Origin: an uncultured Clostridia bacterium
GTDB lineage: Bacteria; Bacillota; Clostridia; TANB77; CAG-508
Length of the DNA stretch: 53,881 bases
Reading direction: 5' to 3'
Assembly (NCBI GenBank): GCA_944391975.1
Contig: CALXVK010000002.1
Coordinates: forward strand, 1 to 53,881
Shown here piece by piece: positions 10,523-21,700 of this stretch. The notes under the pieces were generated by a model. The model searched no databases. It saw only the letters and a program-made list of their open reading frames with translations, and was not told the DNA's origin. Each line of letters begins with the position of its first letter. Position 1 is the first letter of the stretch. Made by a program: the position numbers and the translations under genes.

Positions 10523-11531
10523 TTAAATATGTTTTGGGCTAGATTTTATCATACTTTGATTATATTTAATAGATTGGTAAAAATCTACTTTTTTATATAT
10601 TAAATTTTCTTTTATTGATTCAAAGATTTCTTTTCCTTTTAAAGAATTTATAAAAATAAGAGAAGTCCCTTTTTCATCATTCATTTCAGGTGCAACTTTA
10701 TTTATTCCCCAAAAATCTGCAAAAGTGACATCTGATATTCTATGTTTTTTCTTAAATTTACAATTATAACAAGATTCTCTTAAATATTCATCACTTAAAA
10801 ATTTATTCATAAATTCATTTTTATCATGATCAGAATAAATCTTTTTACTATTAGTATTAATTAAAACTTGATATTTATTCCAGCCTTTATTTTCTTTATT
10901 CCTAAAATATATGTTTTTTACAGGTTCATTGAATTTTTGAATATATTCATCAAATATATTTTTTGAAGGAACCCCATGGCAAATTAAATCACCACAAATC
11001 AAATTAGCATAATCTCTTCTTAAAAAACTTTTTAATCCTTCAATTTGACATGGCGTACCAGTAAAAAATATAAATTTTCCTTCATCTAAATATTTTTTAG
11101 TTTCTTTAAAAGTTACACCTATATCACTTTGCAAATACTTTGAACCTCTTAAATATTTTAAATCTTTCTCATTATCTACTTTTATATGTTGAACTTCTAA
11201 TTTTTCATTAAAAGCTGCTCCATAAATAATTCCTTTTTTATTTAAAATATATTCAGCAAAAAGAGAAAATACTCCTCCTGATGAGCTTTCCATTCTAATT
11301 TTTTCATTTTTATTCATGCATGCATAAGTATCAGGCAATTCTTTTTCCTCTTTTTTAGGATTTAAAACTGGACAAACTTTTTTGCAAAGTCCACATTCTA
11401 TGCATTTTTTATTATCAATATGTGGATATTTAAATCCATCTTTTTCTAAAGTCATTGAAATTGCATTCTTTGGACAAATATTTTTACATGCTGCGCATCC
11501 GTGTACAATTTTCTTTTTCTATAATTTTCAT
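10523..11531 (-). CDS. FrhB/FdhB-like 4Fe-4S protein, usual partner of pyruvyl transferases (needs +1 shift at CGG 11499-11501)
   Basis: ATG 11531 after AGAGG. MKIIEKENCT|GCAACKNICP.. is restored by skipping C(11501). Second cluster is CIECGLCKKVCP. The C-terminal part is FrhB-like. Confidence 0.7.
11498..11501 (-). other. Recoding site: ACA CGG ATG read as ACA [C] GGA TGC (FrhB-like Fe-S protein)
   Basis: Restores the ferredoxin motif CT-G-CAACKNICP. Confidence 0.75.
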
Positions 11532-11603
11532 TACTTAACCTCTTATATAAAAATATAGAATATCTTACTATTAAAATAGTAAATATTCTATATTTATTAT
11601 TTT

Positions 11604-12647
11604 TTATGCAAAAGCTCTACTTAAATAATCCATGCAATCATTTCTTTTATAATCTAGTATTTTATAAACTTTGCTATAATCATCGCTTTTCATTTCATCT
11701 GTAATCTTTCCATTAAACATTCTATATTCTAATTCAAAAGTTTTAAGTAAAGTTTCAATTCTAGAATACATAGATGTTAATCTATCTTCTCTTTTAAATA
11801 CAATAAATGGAGTTGCAAAAAGTATTGCAAATACACATGAATGAAAAGAATCTGTTACAACCATCTTTGCATTTTTTTCTAAATATATAAACTCAGCTGG
11901 TCCCATATCAAAATATGGGCTATTTTTATCTGAGATGTCTATTATTTCACAATCATTTTCTTTTGCGTATTTTTCTATTTCATCTTCTGTATTACTATCA
12001 ACATTTCCTAAAAATGATTTAACTATAAATTTATCTGTTTTCAAATTTTCTGGTTTTTTCATTACTTTTTCCCATTCATTTTTGTTTAAAAGCATTGTTG
12101 GATCTAATAAAACTTTTATATCATCTCTTCCTGAAATTCCTTCTACTATGTTTTTTCCAGCATCTTCTCTAACTGAAATAAAATCCATATTTTTTAGATT
12201 ATCTTTAAAAATTTTATATTCTTCAGAATCTTTTTCTGGTGATTCTGAAACTCCAACACTAGCAGAAAATGCTATTTTCTTTTGATTTTCATTTGCAAAT
12301 GAAGCAAAGATTTTCGGAGAAAAAACATCCCAAAAAGTATAATTCCACACTTGATCGCTTCCTATAACAAAACAATCTAAATCACTTCCAAATCCAGCTT
12401 CTGTATCTTTATCTATATAAAGTATATCTTTAAAATACTTTATATTTTTATTAAATTCTCTAAAATGTTCTAGTTTATTTTCACTACATTTCATATCGTT
12501 TTTTAAGTTGTGATCATCTTTTGTTATTATCATTATAGTTTCCGGATTCATTCCAAAATCCTTTAAAATTTCTTGTACTGCATAGTTTTGTAATTTGTTT
12601 CCATAATTATTATTACAATATAAAGTCATTATTCCAGCTTTTTTCAT
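11604..12647 (-). CDS. Polysaccharide pyruvyl transferase family protein
   Basis: N-terminus KKAGIMTLYCNNNYGNKLQNYAVQEIL is typical of the PS_pyruv_trans family. Adjacent to the FrhB-like gene, a common pairing. Confidence 0.7.
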   Translation of the reverse strand: MKKAGIMTLYCNNNYGNKLQNYAVQEILKDFGMNPETIMIITKDDHNLKNDMKCSENKLEHFREFNKNIKYFKDILYIDKDTEAGFGSDLDCFVIGSDQVWNYTFWDVFSPKIFASFANENQKKIAFSASVGVSESPEKDSEEYKIFKDNLKNMDFISVREDAGKNIVEGISGRDDIKVLLDPTMLLNKNEWEKVMKKPENLKTDKFIVKSFLGNVDSNTEDEIEKYAKENDCEIIDISDKNSPYFDMGPAEFIYLEKNAKMVVTDSFHSCVFAILFATPFIVFKREDRLTSMYSRIETLLKTFELEYRMFNGKITDEMKSDDYSKVYKILDYKRNDCMDYLSRAFA

Positions 12648-12713
12648 GTGTTTTTCCTCCTTTTTTTCAGATTTCTATTTTTTGCCAAAAATAGATTTTT
12701 GGGCAACAAAAAA

Positions 12714-12760
12714 ATGCCTAATTAATTGCATGCATCAAAACAAGCAAATTAATTAGGCAT
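12714..12760 (-). terminator. Long hairpin terminator upstream of the pyruvyl transferase gene
   Basis: 14-bp stem atgcctaattaatt/aattaattaggcat flanked by A- and T-runs. A second hairpin, ttgccaaaaat/atttttgggcaa, lies at 12681-12707. Confidence 0.6.
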
Positions 12761-12804
12761 TTTTTCATTTATAATAAAACTATAGCTTGATATAGGTTTA
12801 TCCT

Positions 12805-12933
12805 TTAATCCCCTCTTAATCTCCTTTTTTTGGCATGCAAATTAGACATAGGTATACTGGCGACATAATCACTATTATCACTACTACTATAAATCATCAT
12901 ATTTAATTTAATATCTTTCATAAAATTTTTCAT
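12805..12933 (-). CDS. Candidate 42-aa small protein MKNFMKDIKLNMMIYSSSDNSDYVASIPMSNLHAKKRRLRGD
   Basis: Below the track size cutoff. ATG 12933 after GAAAGG. Has its own TTGTTT-N17-TATAAT promoter-like site (12970-12998) and downstream hairpins. Confidence 0.35.
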   Translation of the reverse strand: MKNFMKDIKLNMMIYSSSDNSDYVASIPMSNLHAKKRRLRGD

Positions 12934-12969
12934 GATATAAATCGCCTTTCTTCTCTAATTTACAGTGCT

Positions 12970-12998
12970 ATTATACTATATTTTTTCCAAAAAAACAA
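12970..12998 (-). promoter_or_regulatory. Candidate promoter of the 42-aa small ORF
   Basis: Minus strand TTGTTT-N17-TATAAT. Confidence 0.4.
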
Positions 12999-13077
12999 TA
13001 CTTTTTATTTAAAAAATTTACAAAAAGTTCACAAAAAAATCCTAGAAAATTCATCTAGGATTTTTTTACATTAAATT

Positions 13078-14259
13078 TTATTTTTTCTCATTTTTTATTT
13101 TATTCATTACATTGTTAAAATTAATTAAATATTCTTTCATATCAAATTTTTTAGCTCTTATTTTAGCATGTTTTCCCATTTTTTCTCTAATTTCAGGATG
13201 CTCAATTAAATAATCTAATTTTTCAGCCATATTATCAATTAATTTTTCATCTTTATCAATTATATATGCACATTCATTATCTACAATTTCTGGAATACCA
13301 CCAGAGTTTGTTACAATCAAAGGAAGTCCACTACTCATTGCTTCAACAACAACTAGTCCAAATAATTCTTCCCACATAGATGGTATTACTGCAATATCAG
13401 AAATATTATGTACTTTATATAATTCATTATTATTAATATAACCTGTAAATTTTATTTTATCTTGAATTGATTCAGCTAATTTTTCTAACTCATAATCAAA
13501 TGGTGTTTTCACTCTTTCTCCATAATTAGCACATCCAACTATTAAAAGTTTGCTGTTATCTAAATTTTTTATTTTCTTAAAAGCTGTTATTAATTCTTTT
13601 ATTCCTTTTTCTGGTATTGTTCTTCCAAAGAAAATAATTACATTATCATTTTTTCCAATGCCATATTTTTTTCTAATTTCATCTTTTTCTTCTTCTGAAA
13701 TAGTTTTATCAAAATCACTTGTATTAATAGCATTATAAAGCAACTCCACTTTTTCTGGAGGTATATTTCCATCGCTTGAAATTAATTTACATGTAAATTT
13801 ACTTATTCCTAAAAATTTATGATATACTTCATTATTAATTTTATTATCGCCAAATGGATTTCCATGTATATGAACTATACGTTTCTCTTTAGGAAATTTA
13901 TCTAAAATATATTTATAACCTGAAACATCTCCACCTTCTATTACTATAAAATCAAAATCTTCATTTTTAATTTTTTCATAGAATTCATCCATATATGGAA
14001 TGAAAAAAGAATCTCCTGTTTCAAATTTCAAATCTAAATTTTCTCTTTTTTGATTAATATAAATAAATTTAGTATACTTATAATTTCTACTTAATTTTTC
14101 TGCTTCTTCCTCATAAACGCTAACGCATGTAAAATCAATAAGACCACTCTTCTCATTTTCTTTCAAAAGATTTGTCATAAGCATTTCTGTTGCTCCACCT
14201 TTTGTAGCAGGCACAGGAAGTACATTTGGCATAATAAGACAAATTTTTAATTTTTCCAT
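13078..14259 (-). CDS. Glycosyltransferase family 4 (GT-B)
   Basis: ..WEELFGLVVVEAMSSGLPLIVTNSGGIPEIV.. is the GT4/GT1 EX7E region. Confidence 0.85.
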   Translation of the reverse strand: MEKLKICLIMPNVLPVPATKGGATEMLMTNLLKENEKSGLIDFTCVSVYEEEAEKLSRNYKYTKFIYINQKRENLDLKFETGDSFFIPYMDEFYEKIKNEDFDFIVIEGGDVSGYKYILDKFPKEKRIVHIHGNPFGDNKINNEVYHKFLGISKFTCKLISSDGNIPPEKVELLYNAINTSDFDKTISEEEKDEIRKKYGIGKNDNVIIFFGRTIPEKGIKELITAFKKIKNLDNSKLLIVGCANYGERVKTPFDYELEKLAESIQDKIKFTGYINNNELYKVHNISDIAVIPSMWEELFGLVVVEAMSSGLPLIVTNSGGIPEIVDNECAYIIDKDEKLIDNMAEKLDYLIEHPEIREKMGKHAKIRAKKFDMKEYLINFNNVMNKIKNEKK

Positions 14260-14291
14260 TATTACAAAACCATTTATCTTTCTTATATATT

Positions 14292-14912
14292 TTAATCTTT
14301 TAAATGACTTAAATCATTTAATAAAATAACTTCAAACTTATCTTTTTGATTATCATATTCTACAATATTTACAGCTGTATTTTTTTGGCTATTTGCTTCT
14401 TTATTATCAATAAATTTCTCATGTTTTACTTTTCTAATAAAAGCTTCAATAGCGACTCCATGTGAAGCCATTAAAATCACTTTTCCTTGATTATTTATTG
14501 CAACTGCTCTTATATATTGATACATCCTATTTGCAACATCTTCAGTTGATTCCTGCTCAGGAATTCCTGCAATTTCATTTATCTCATCTTGAGTTTGTTT
14601 TATTTTTGGATTTATTTTATTTACATCTTCCCATTTCCAGCCATCATAAATTCCAAAATTCATTTCACATAACTCATCTGTTTTTTCAATCTCTAGACCT
14701 TGTAAATTAGCTAAAGGTTCAATAGTTTTAATTGCTCTTTCAGATGTACTAGAATATGCCTTATCAAATTTTATATTCTTTAATCTGTTAGTTAATTTTT
14801 CTATATATTTTTGTCCATCTGGTGTTACTTCAAAATCAGTTCTACCAGTTAAACGTTTTTCTACATTTCCGGTAGTCTGAGTATGTCTGACTAAATAAAT
14901 TTTTGTTTTCAT
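14292..14912 (-). CDS. Histidine phosphatase family protein (phosphoglycerate mutase-like)
   Basis: IYLVRHTQTTGN (RHG motif), SSTSERAIKT, NFGIYDGW and ASHGV. Confidence 0.75.
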   Translation of the reverse strand: MKTKIYLVRHTQTTGNVEKRLTGRTDFEVTPDGQKYIEKLTNRLKNIKFDKAYSSTSERAIKTIEPLANLQGLEIEKTDELCEMNFGIYDGWKWEDVNKINPKIKQTQDEINEIAGIPEQESTEDVANRMYQYIRAVAINNQGKVILMASHGVAIEAFIRKVKHEKFIDNKEANSQKNTAVNIVEYDNQKDKFEVILLNDLSHLKD

Positions 14913-14923
14913 TTTATTTTTCC

Positions 14924-15985
14924 TTACTTATCAAATTTTAAAATTTTTGAATTATCCATATCTGATGCCGCAATCTTTGGCTCTTCTTTAACTATTTGGG
15001 CTCCACCAGAAACTAATTTATTATCTAAATTTTCCATTTTACTCATATCAATTGGAATAACTTTTGGATTTGAAACTTCTTCTGTTTTTTCTAAAACAGT
15101 TGGTTCAGCTTCTGTAAACACATAATTTCTCTTTGGAATTACTGGAGAAAATGTATCATCAACCATAGCTTTTAAAATTGCATCTAATCTCATCGGAATA
15201 CTTAATGTTTCATTTTTTATAAAACTTAATAAATAAGGTTTTAAATTATCAGGTGTTTCCTCATATAATTCCATCAAATAATACATCACCAAGTACATGT
15301 CTTTACATCTTTTCATATTAGGTGTAGACATTATACTTCCTTCCCTATTTCTGTAATATACATATATTGGGTATTCACCATAACTTAACTTTTTAGATTT
15401 TATTGCAGCTTTTATAGAATAAACCATATCCTCATAGTACATACCACCAATAAATTTTATATCATTTTCAAGTAAAAATTCTCTTCTCCATACTTTACTA
15501 GCAACTGGGAAGTGCATATCACAAACAATACGAGCTTTTTGAGTTGAGTTTTCAGCATTTGGAATATAAGCTTTATTACTTCCACCAACATATTGGACTC
15601 CAAAATAAACTATATCATAATCTTCTTTTCCTATTGTTTTATCAATTTTTCCTAATGTATTTCTGTCATATAATGTATCATCACCATCTAAGTATACAAT
15701 ATATTCACCTTTAGCAATATCTACAGCCCTATTTCTTGAAATACTTGGTCCTGAGTTAACATCATTTTTTAATACTTTAACTCTATTATCTTTTTCTTCA
15801 TATTTTTTTAATACTTGATAAGTCTTATCTGTTGAGCAATCATCTACAACAATTAATTCAAAATCTTTAAATCTTTGTGTTAAAACGCTTTCCATAGAAA
15901 CTTTTACAATTTTTTCTAGATTATAAGTACATATTATAACTGAAAATCTAGGCTTACTAATATCACCTTTTTTATCTTCTTCCAT
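14924..15985 (-). CDS. Glycosyltransferase family 2
   Basis: ATG 15985 after GGAGG, internal to track ORF 14924-16018. FSVIICTYN..LIVVDDCSTD..YLDGDD motifs. Confidence 0.85.
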   Translation of the reverse strand: MEEDKKGDISKPRFSVIICTYNLEKIVKVSMESVLTQRFKDFELIVVDDCSTDKTYQVLKKYEEKDNRVKVLKNDVNSGPSISRNRAVDIAKGEYIVYLDGDDTLYDRNTLGKIDKTIGKEDYDIVYFGVQYVGGSNKAYIPNAENSTQKARIVCDMHFPVASKVWRREFLLENDIKFIGGMYYEDMVYSIKAAIKSKKLSYGEYPIYVYYRNREGSIMSTPNMKRCKDMYLVMYYLMELYEETPDNLKPYLLSFIKNETLSIPMRLDAILKAMVDDTFSPVIPKRNYVFTEAEPTVLEKTEEVSNPKVIPIDMSKMENLDNKLVSGGAQIVKEEPKIAASDMDNSKILKFDK

Positions 15986-16129
15986 ATTTCCTCCTTGGAT
16001 ACTTTTTATAAGTATCACTAAAAAATAAAATTACACATTTTAAAAAATACTCTCAAGTTTAAAACAGCCTATTCTTTGTCACAATTTATAATTATTTAGT
16101 TTAATGCCTTTGATAATTATCAAAATCTG

Positions 16130-16445
16130 CATTTCTGAATTAGTCTTTCTAAACTAGAGTAAATTTTTGTGCAATCTTTTCTAATCTTTTTATACTTTCA
16201 ATAAAGATTCTATTCTGATCTTTTATCAAAATCTTTTTCTTATGTTTAAAAACAACTGTATCAAGTCCTGCTGACACAGAATTTGGTATAATTGGTTTTT
16301 CTTTAATATAGTAGTAATTGGTTTTAATATAATTTTATTTTTTAATTTAATTCTTGTTCAACTGCGCTAGGAGTTAAAAAACTCTACCAATATCTTTCTT
16401 ATTGGCCACATGAACAATATCAATAGTTTTCCAATTATAATACAT
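16130..16445 (-). pseudogene. Degraded coding remnant
   Basis: Minus-strand pieces MYYNWKTIDIVHVANKKDIGRVF*, ..LTPSAVEQELN* and YIKEKPIIPNSVSAGLDTVVFKHKKKILIKDQNRIFIESIKRLEKIAQKFTLV* lie in different frames with several stops. None of the breaks involves CGG. Confidence 0.3.
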
Positions 16446-16600
16446 TAAATATTACCTCGCGAATATAATTATACTACACTCCAAGACCATTTGTCAAATT
16501 CAGGAAAAGCCTTAAACGCTGTAATTTAAGGCTTTTAGAATGTTAATTTTTTATTAATATTTTATTATTACATAATAAATAATAAAAGCTATCTATCAAC

Positions 16601-16628
16601 AAAAAACCCCCTACTTAAAAGTAGAGAG
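16601..16628 (-). terminator. Intrinsic terminator after the LCP gene
   Basis: Minus strand CUCUAC-loop-GUAGGG followed by a T6 run. Confidence 0.55.
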
Positions 16629-16636
16629 TTTCAATA

Positions 16637-17746
16637 TTAATATGAATTACCATTTAAATCTTCATCTGAGCTTTCATCATAAATATCATTTGATACTTCG
16701 TTTGTAGAGTTTAATTCCTCTTCTTCTGCAGCTATTAATTCTGCATTGGGAGTTTCACTATTAAAATGTTCTAAAATAGTTTGCATCATTTCTTCTGTTT
16801 CTTCCTCATCATATTCAAATACCCAAAGGTCATTTGCCAATACCGAAGTTCCTGGAACTTGATTTGTTTCTAAATTATCCATATCAAAATCATATACATA
16901 TGTTAAATATGATAATATAACACTCATTGGACAATCTGTTACTAAATTATCAAAAACAGTTCCTACAATTTCTTCTAATTTTGATAAATCATTTGCTGCT
17001 ATTGTTTGTTCTGCAACCGCCATTATAAAATCTCTTTGTGTACGCATTCTTCCGTAATCATTATCACCATATTCTGAATCATATGTAGTACCATTATTGT
17101 TATGTCTAAATCTAAGCAATCCTTCTGCTTGTTTTCCATCTAAAGTTTGAAGACCTTCTTCTAGGTTGATATGTAAGTTTTGAGATCTATCATCATATTT
17201 CATATCCATTGGAACATAAAATTCTACTCCACCTAAAATATCAACTATTTCAATTAAAGCATCTGTATTTACAGTAACATAATAATCTATATCAACACCA
17301 GTAATTTCCTCAACTGCATTTACTGTATCATCTGCTCCTTCATTACTATATAAAGCATTTATTTTATCATAACTAGTTGCTCTAGTTAAGCTACTCCCAA
17401 CAAATGTATCTCTTGGAATAGAAACCATAAAAGCTTTTTGAGTTTGTGGATTATATCCCGTTAGAATAATAGTATCTGTTAAAGTTAGTCCCTGATCTGT
17501 ACTATATCCTAGTAACAAAACATATACGGGTTCTTCATCAACAACTGTACTTGCAACATTTTGCAAAACATTTATTGCAGCTCTTGTTGTATCTCCATCA
17601 GCTTTTTTTAGCTCTACTAAATAATAACAAGCAGCTGCCAATATTATAGCTAAAAATAATATTAATATTATTTTTAATACAATTCCAACCTTTCCTCTAG
17701 CTTTAATTCCACTACTTTTTTCTATTCTGCTGTTTCTTTTAGACAT
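16637..17746 (-). CDS. LytR-CpsA-Psr (LCP) family cell-wall polymer transferase
   Basis: ATG 17746 after GGAGAG. N-terminal TM, then ..MVSIPRDTFVG..YDKINALYS.. LCP core motifs. Confidence 0.85.
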   Translation of the reverse strand: MSKRNSRIEKSSGIKARGKVGIVLKIILILFLAIILAAACYYLVELKKADGDTTRAAINVLQNVASTVVDEEPVYVLLLGYSTDQGLTLTDTIILTGYNPQTQKAFMVSIPRDTFVGSSLTRATSYDKINALYSNEGADDTVNAVEEITGVDIDYYVTVNTDALIEIVDILGGVEFYVPMDMKYDDRSQNLHINLEEGLQTLDGKQAEGLLRFRHNNNGTTYDSEYGDNDYGRMRTQRDFIMAVAEQTIAANDLSKLEEIVGTVFDNLVTDCPMSVILSYLTYVYDFDMDNLETNQVPGTSVLANDLWVFEYDEEETEEMMQTILEHFNSETPNAELIAAEEEELNSTNEVSNDIYDESSDEDLNGNSY

Positions 17747-17851
17747 TTGTATATCTCTCCTATTTTTATATTCTATATTAAATAAAATCAAATTTTGTAA
17801 TATAATAAAATCACTTTTTAATTATACAAATATTAGCAATTATTGTCAATA

Positions 17852-19117
<1,266 letters not shown>

Positions 19118-19230
19118 TTAATTTTTCCTCCTTAAAAAGCACTTTATCAATTTTAAAAATTCAAATATATTATATCTAAACAGTCAAAAAAGTCAATACA
19201 AAAATTAAGTTTTAAACTTTTTATATTTTT

Positions 19231-20259
19231 TTATTTTAAAAAATTTTTTATAAATCCTTTTCCCTGTGAAGAATTAATTTCAATAAATGATCCTGTAACA
19301 ATTGGAATTTGTGGAGGAACATGACCTATATCTGCATCAATTATAATAGGAATATTTAAATCACCAAGAGCATCTTTTATAGTTTCTTCATAAGAAATAT
19401 CATAATCACATCTTATCATTAATGGTCTTCCAAAAATAATTCCATTACAATTGTTAAAATATCCTGCATTTTTCATTTGCCATAAATTACAAAATAAACT
19501 AGGAGTACTAGCTTCAAATACTTCTAAAAACCAAATCATTCCATCTTCTTTATATTTTTCTGTAAATTCTTTTACTTTGTCATATTTTGTTCCTATCAAA
19601 TTTTTTACAACATCAAAACATCCACCTATTGCTCTTCCAGAAATATCTACATTTTTTTCTCCTGTTAAATTTTTCCAATTTACATTTTTTGTTAATTCAT
19701 AACCCAAATATGGATTTTTTTCATCACTTTCTTTAAAACCTTTAAATTCTTGATATTTTTCATACGAATTTTGAGTTAATTCTTCTTGTTGAATTAATTT
19801 AATAGAATTATCTAAACTTATATGCCAATCATTCATTCCAAAAGCCTTATATGTTGGTCCATAAATTGTTGCAATATCTAAATTTAAAGTAAAAATATAA
19901 GTTAAATTTGTACAATCAGAATAACCTTGTATCCATTTTGGTTCTGTTTTTCTTAATTCTTCAAAATCTAAACAATCTAACATTTCACATAGAAAATCTC
20001 CTCCACTGGCTAAAATAATAGCCTTAACTTTTGGATTTTTCCAAAGACTCATAAACTCTTCTGCTCTTTGTTCTTTACTTGAACTTCTACCTTTTTGATT
20101 TGTTCTAACATTTGATGTTTCTATTACTCTATATCCATGTTCTTCTAACTTCTTTTTAGAATTATTAATTCGTAAAATATCATTTTCATCTGTAAATCCA
20201 CATGATGGAGCAGTAATTCCAATAATATCACCTTTTTCTATTTTTTTTGGATATCTCAT
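19231..20259 (-). CDS. S66-family LD-carboxypeptidase, second paralogue
   Basis: ATG 20259 after AAGGAGG. MRYPKKIEKGDIIGITAPS.., ASGGDF.., GYSDCTN.., GH near the C-terminus. Confidence 0.75.
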   Translation of the reverse strand: MRYPKKIEKGDIIGITAPSCGFTDENDILRINNSKKKLEEHGYRVIETSNVRTNQKGRSSSKEQRAEEFMSLWKNPKVKAIILASGGDFLCEMLDCLDFEELRKTEPKWIQGYSDCTNLTYIFTLNLDIATIYGPTYKAFGMNDWHISLDNSIKLIQQEELTQNSYEKYQEFKGFKESDEKNPYLGYELTKNVNWKNLTGEKNVDISGRAIGGCFDVVKNLIGTKYDKVKEFTEKYKEDGMIWFLEVFEASTPSLFCNLWQMKNAGYFNNCNGIIFGRPLMIRCDYDISYEETIKDALGDLNIPIIIDADIGHVPPQIPIVTGSFIEINSSQGKGFIKNFLK

Positions 20260-20269
20260 AAAAACCTCC

Positions 20270-20569
20270 TTATCTGGCATCATCATCTAAATCTTTAACA
20301 TGAGCTTTATTATCTGTATCTTTTGGATAAATTATAGATTTTAAATCAGTAAAATGTTCATATTTAAAAATTGTATTTTCTCTTTTAAATTTCAAAGCTT
20401 TTTCAATCATCTCTAAAGCTTCTTCTTGATTTATATCATTCTTTTGACAATATTCTAAAAAATATTCTCTAACATAATTTTCTCTTTTTTCTTTATCATC
20501 ACAATCATGAAATGTTAAAATTGCTTTAACAAGTTCATTTTCAACTTTCAATCTTTTTAATTCATCCAT
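20270..20569 (-). CDS. Hypothetical acidic protein
   Basis: 99-aa ORF with no recognised motif. Confidence 0.5.
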   Translation of the reverse strand: MDELKRLKVENELVKAILTFHDCDDKEKRENYVREYFLEYCQKNDINQEEALEMIEKALKFKRENTIFKYEHFTDLKSIIYPKDTDNKAHVKDLDDDAR

Positions 20570-20633
20570 AAAATTTCCTCTTAATTAAATTTATAAAATT
20601 ATATCAGATATTTTTTACTTATTCCATATTTTT

Positions 20634-20680
20634 AAACAAAAAAATAGAAGCCTAAAACAAATTTCATTTTAGACTTCTAT
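20634..20680 (-). terminator. Intrinsic terminator after tsf
   Basis: 14-bp stem ATAGAAGTCTAAAA/TTTTAGGCTTCTAT (one G-U pair) followed by T7. Confidence 0.7.
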
Positions 20681-20688
20681 ATATATTC

Positions 20689-21564
20689 TTATTTTAATTG
20701 TTTCATAACTTCTTCAGCAAAGTTTTCTTCTTTTTTCTCAATTCCTTCACCTTTTTCAAATCTTGCAAATCTAACAATTTCACAGTCATTTGATTTTAAA
20801 ACTTCTGAAACTTTTTGATCTGGATTTTTTACAAAAGCTTGATCTAATAAACAAATTTCTGAATAGAATTTTCCAATTCTACCTTTAACCATTTTTTCAG
20901 CTATTTCAGCTGGTTTTCCTTCATTCATTGCTTGAGCTTTTAAAATTTCCATCTCTTTATTTACAACATCTTCTGGAACTTCGTTTTCACTAACATATTC
21001 AGGTCTTGCAGCTGCTATTTGCATACACATATCTCTTGCTGTAGTTTCATTTCCTTTTGAAAAATCAACTAATACAGCAATTTTTCCTTCACCATGAATA
21101 TAACTTTCTACTAAACCATTAGATTCAAATCTCACGAATCTTCTAATTGATAAATTTTCACCAATTGTAGCAATTTTATCAGTTAAAACTTCTGATACTT
21201 TTTTATCAGTATCAAAATATTTTTCATTAAGTAAAGATTCTACGTCAGATGGATTTTTTATAGCTACTATTTTTGCAATATCTTTAACAAAAGCTTTGAA
21301 TTCTTCATTTTTTGCAACAAAGTCTGTTTCACTATTTATTTCAACAATACTTCCAACTTTTTTATCTTCTGATAAATAACTATCTACTAATCCTTCTGCA
21401 GCTACTCTTCCTGATTTTTTAGCAGCTTTAGCTATTCCTCTTTCTCTTAGCAATTCAGATGCTTTTTCCATATCACCATCAGTTTCTGTTAAAACTTTTT
21501 TACAGTCCATCATACCAGCACCTGTTTTTTCTCTTAATTCTTTTACCATAGCAGCACTAATCAT
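20689..21564 (-). CDS. tsf: Elongation factor Ts
   Basis: MISAAMVKELREKTGAGMMDCKKVL.. is the canonical EF-Ts N-terminus. Confidence 0.95.
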   Translation of the reverse strand: MISAAMVKELREKTGAGMMDCKKVLTETDGDMEKASELLRERGIAKAAKKSGRVAAEGLVDSYLSEDKKVGSIVEINSETDFVAKNEEFKAFVKDIAKIVAIKNPSDVESLLNEKYFDTDKKVSEVLTDKIATIGENLSIRRFVRFESNGLVESYIHGEGKIAVLVDFSKGNETTARDMCMQIAAARPEYVSENEVPEDVVNKEMEILKAQAMNEGKPAEIAEKMVKGRIGKFYSEICLLDQAFVKNPDQKVSEVLKSNDCEIVRFARFEKGEGIEKKEENFAEEVMKQLK

Positions 21565-21700
21565 AATTAATTCCTCCTTACTTTATTTTACATGAGAATT
21601 AATTTTAAAACTATTTTATTCATTTTAAAATATAATAAACCATTTTCTAAAAATAAAAGTAATTATTCAATTCTCACTCTAACAATTAATATCTACTTTT

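Noticed and set aside
19231-20259. The second S66 peptidase, or the purA neighbourhood, as a microcin C-type immunity locus.
   Set aside because: No mccA-E-like genes or peptide precursor are visible. S66 LD-carboxypeptidases are common peptidoglycan-recycling enzymes.
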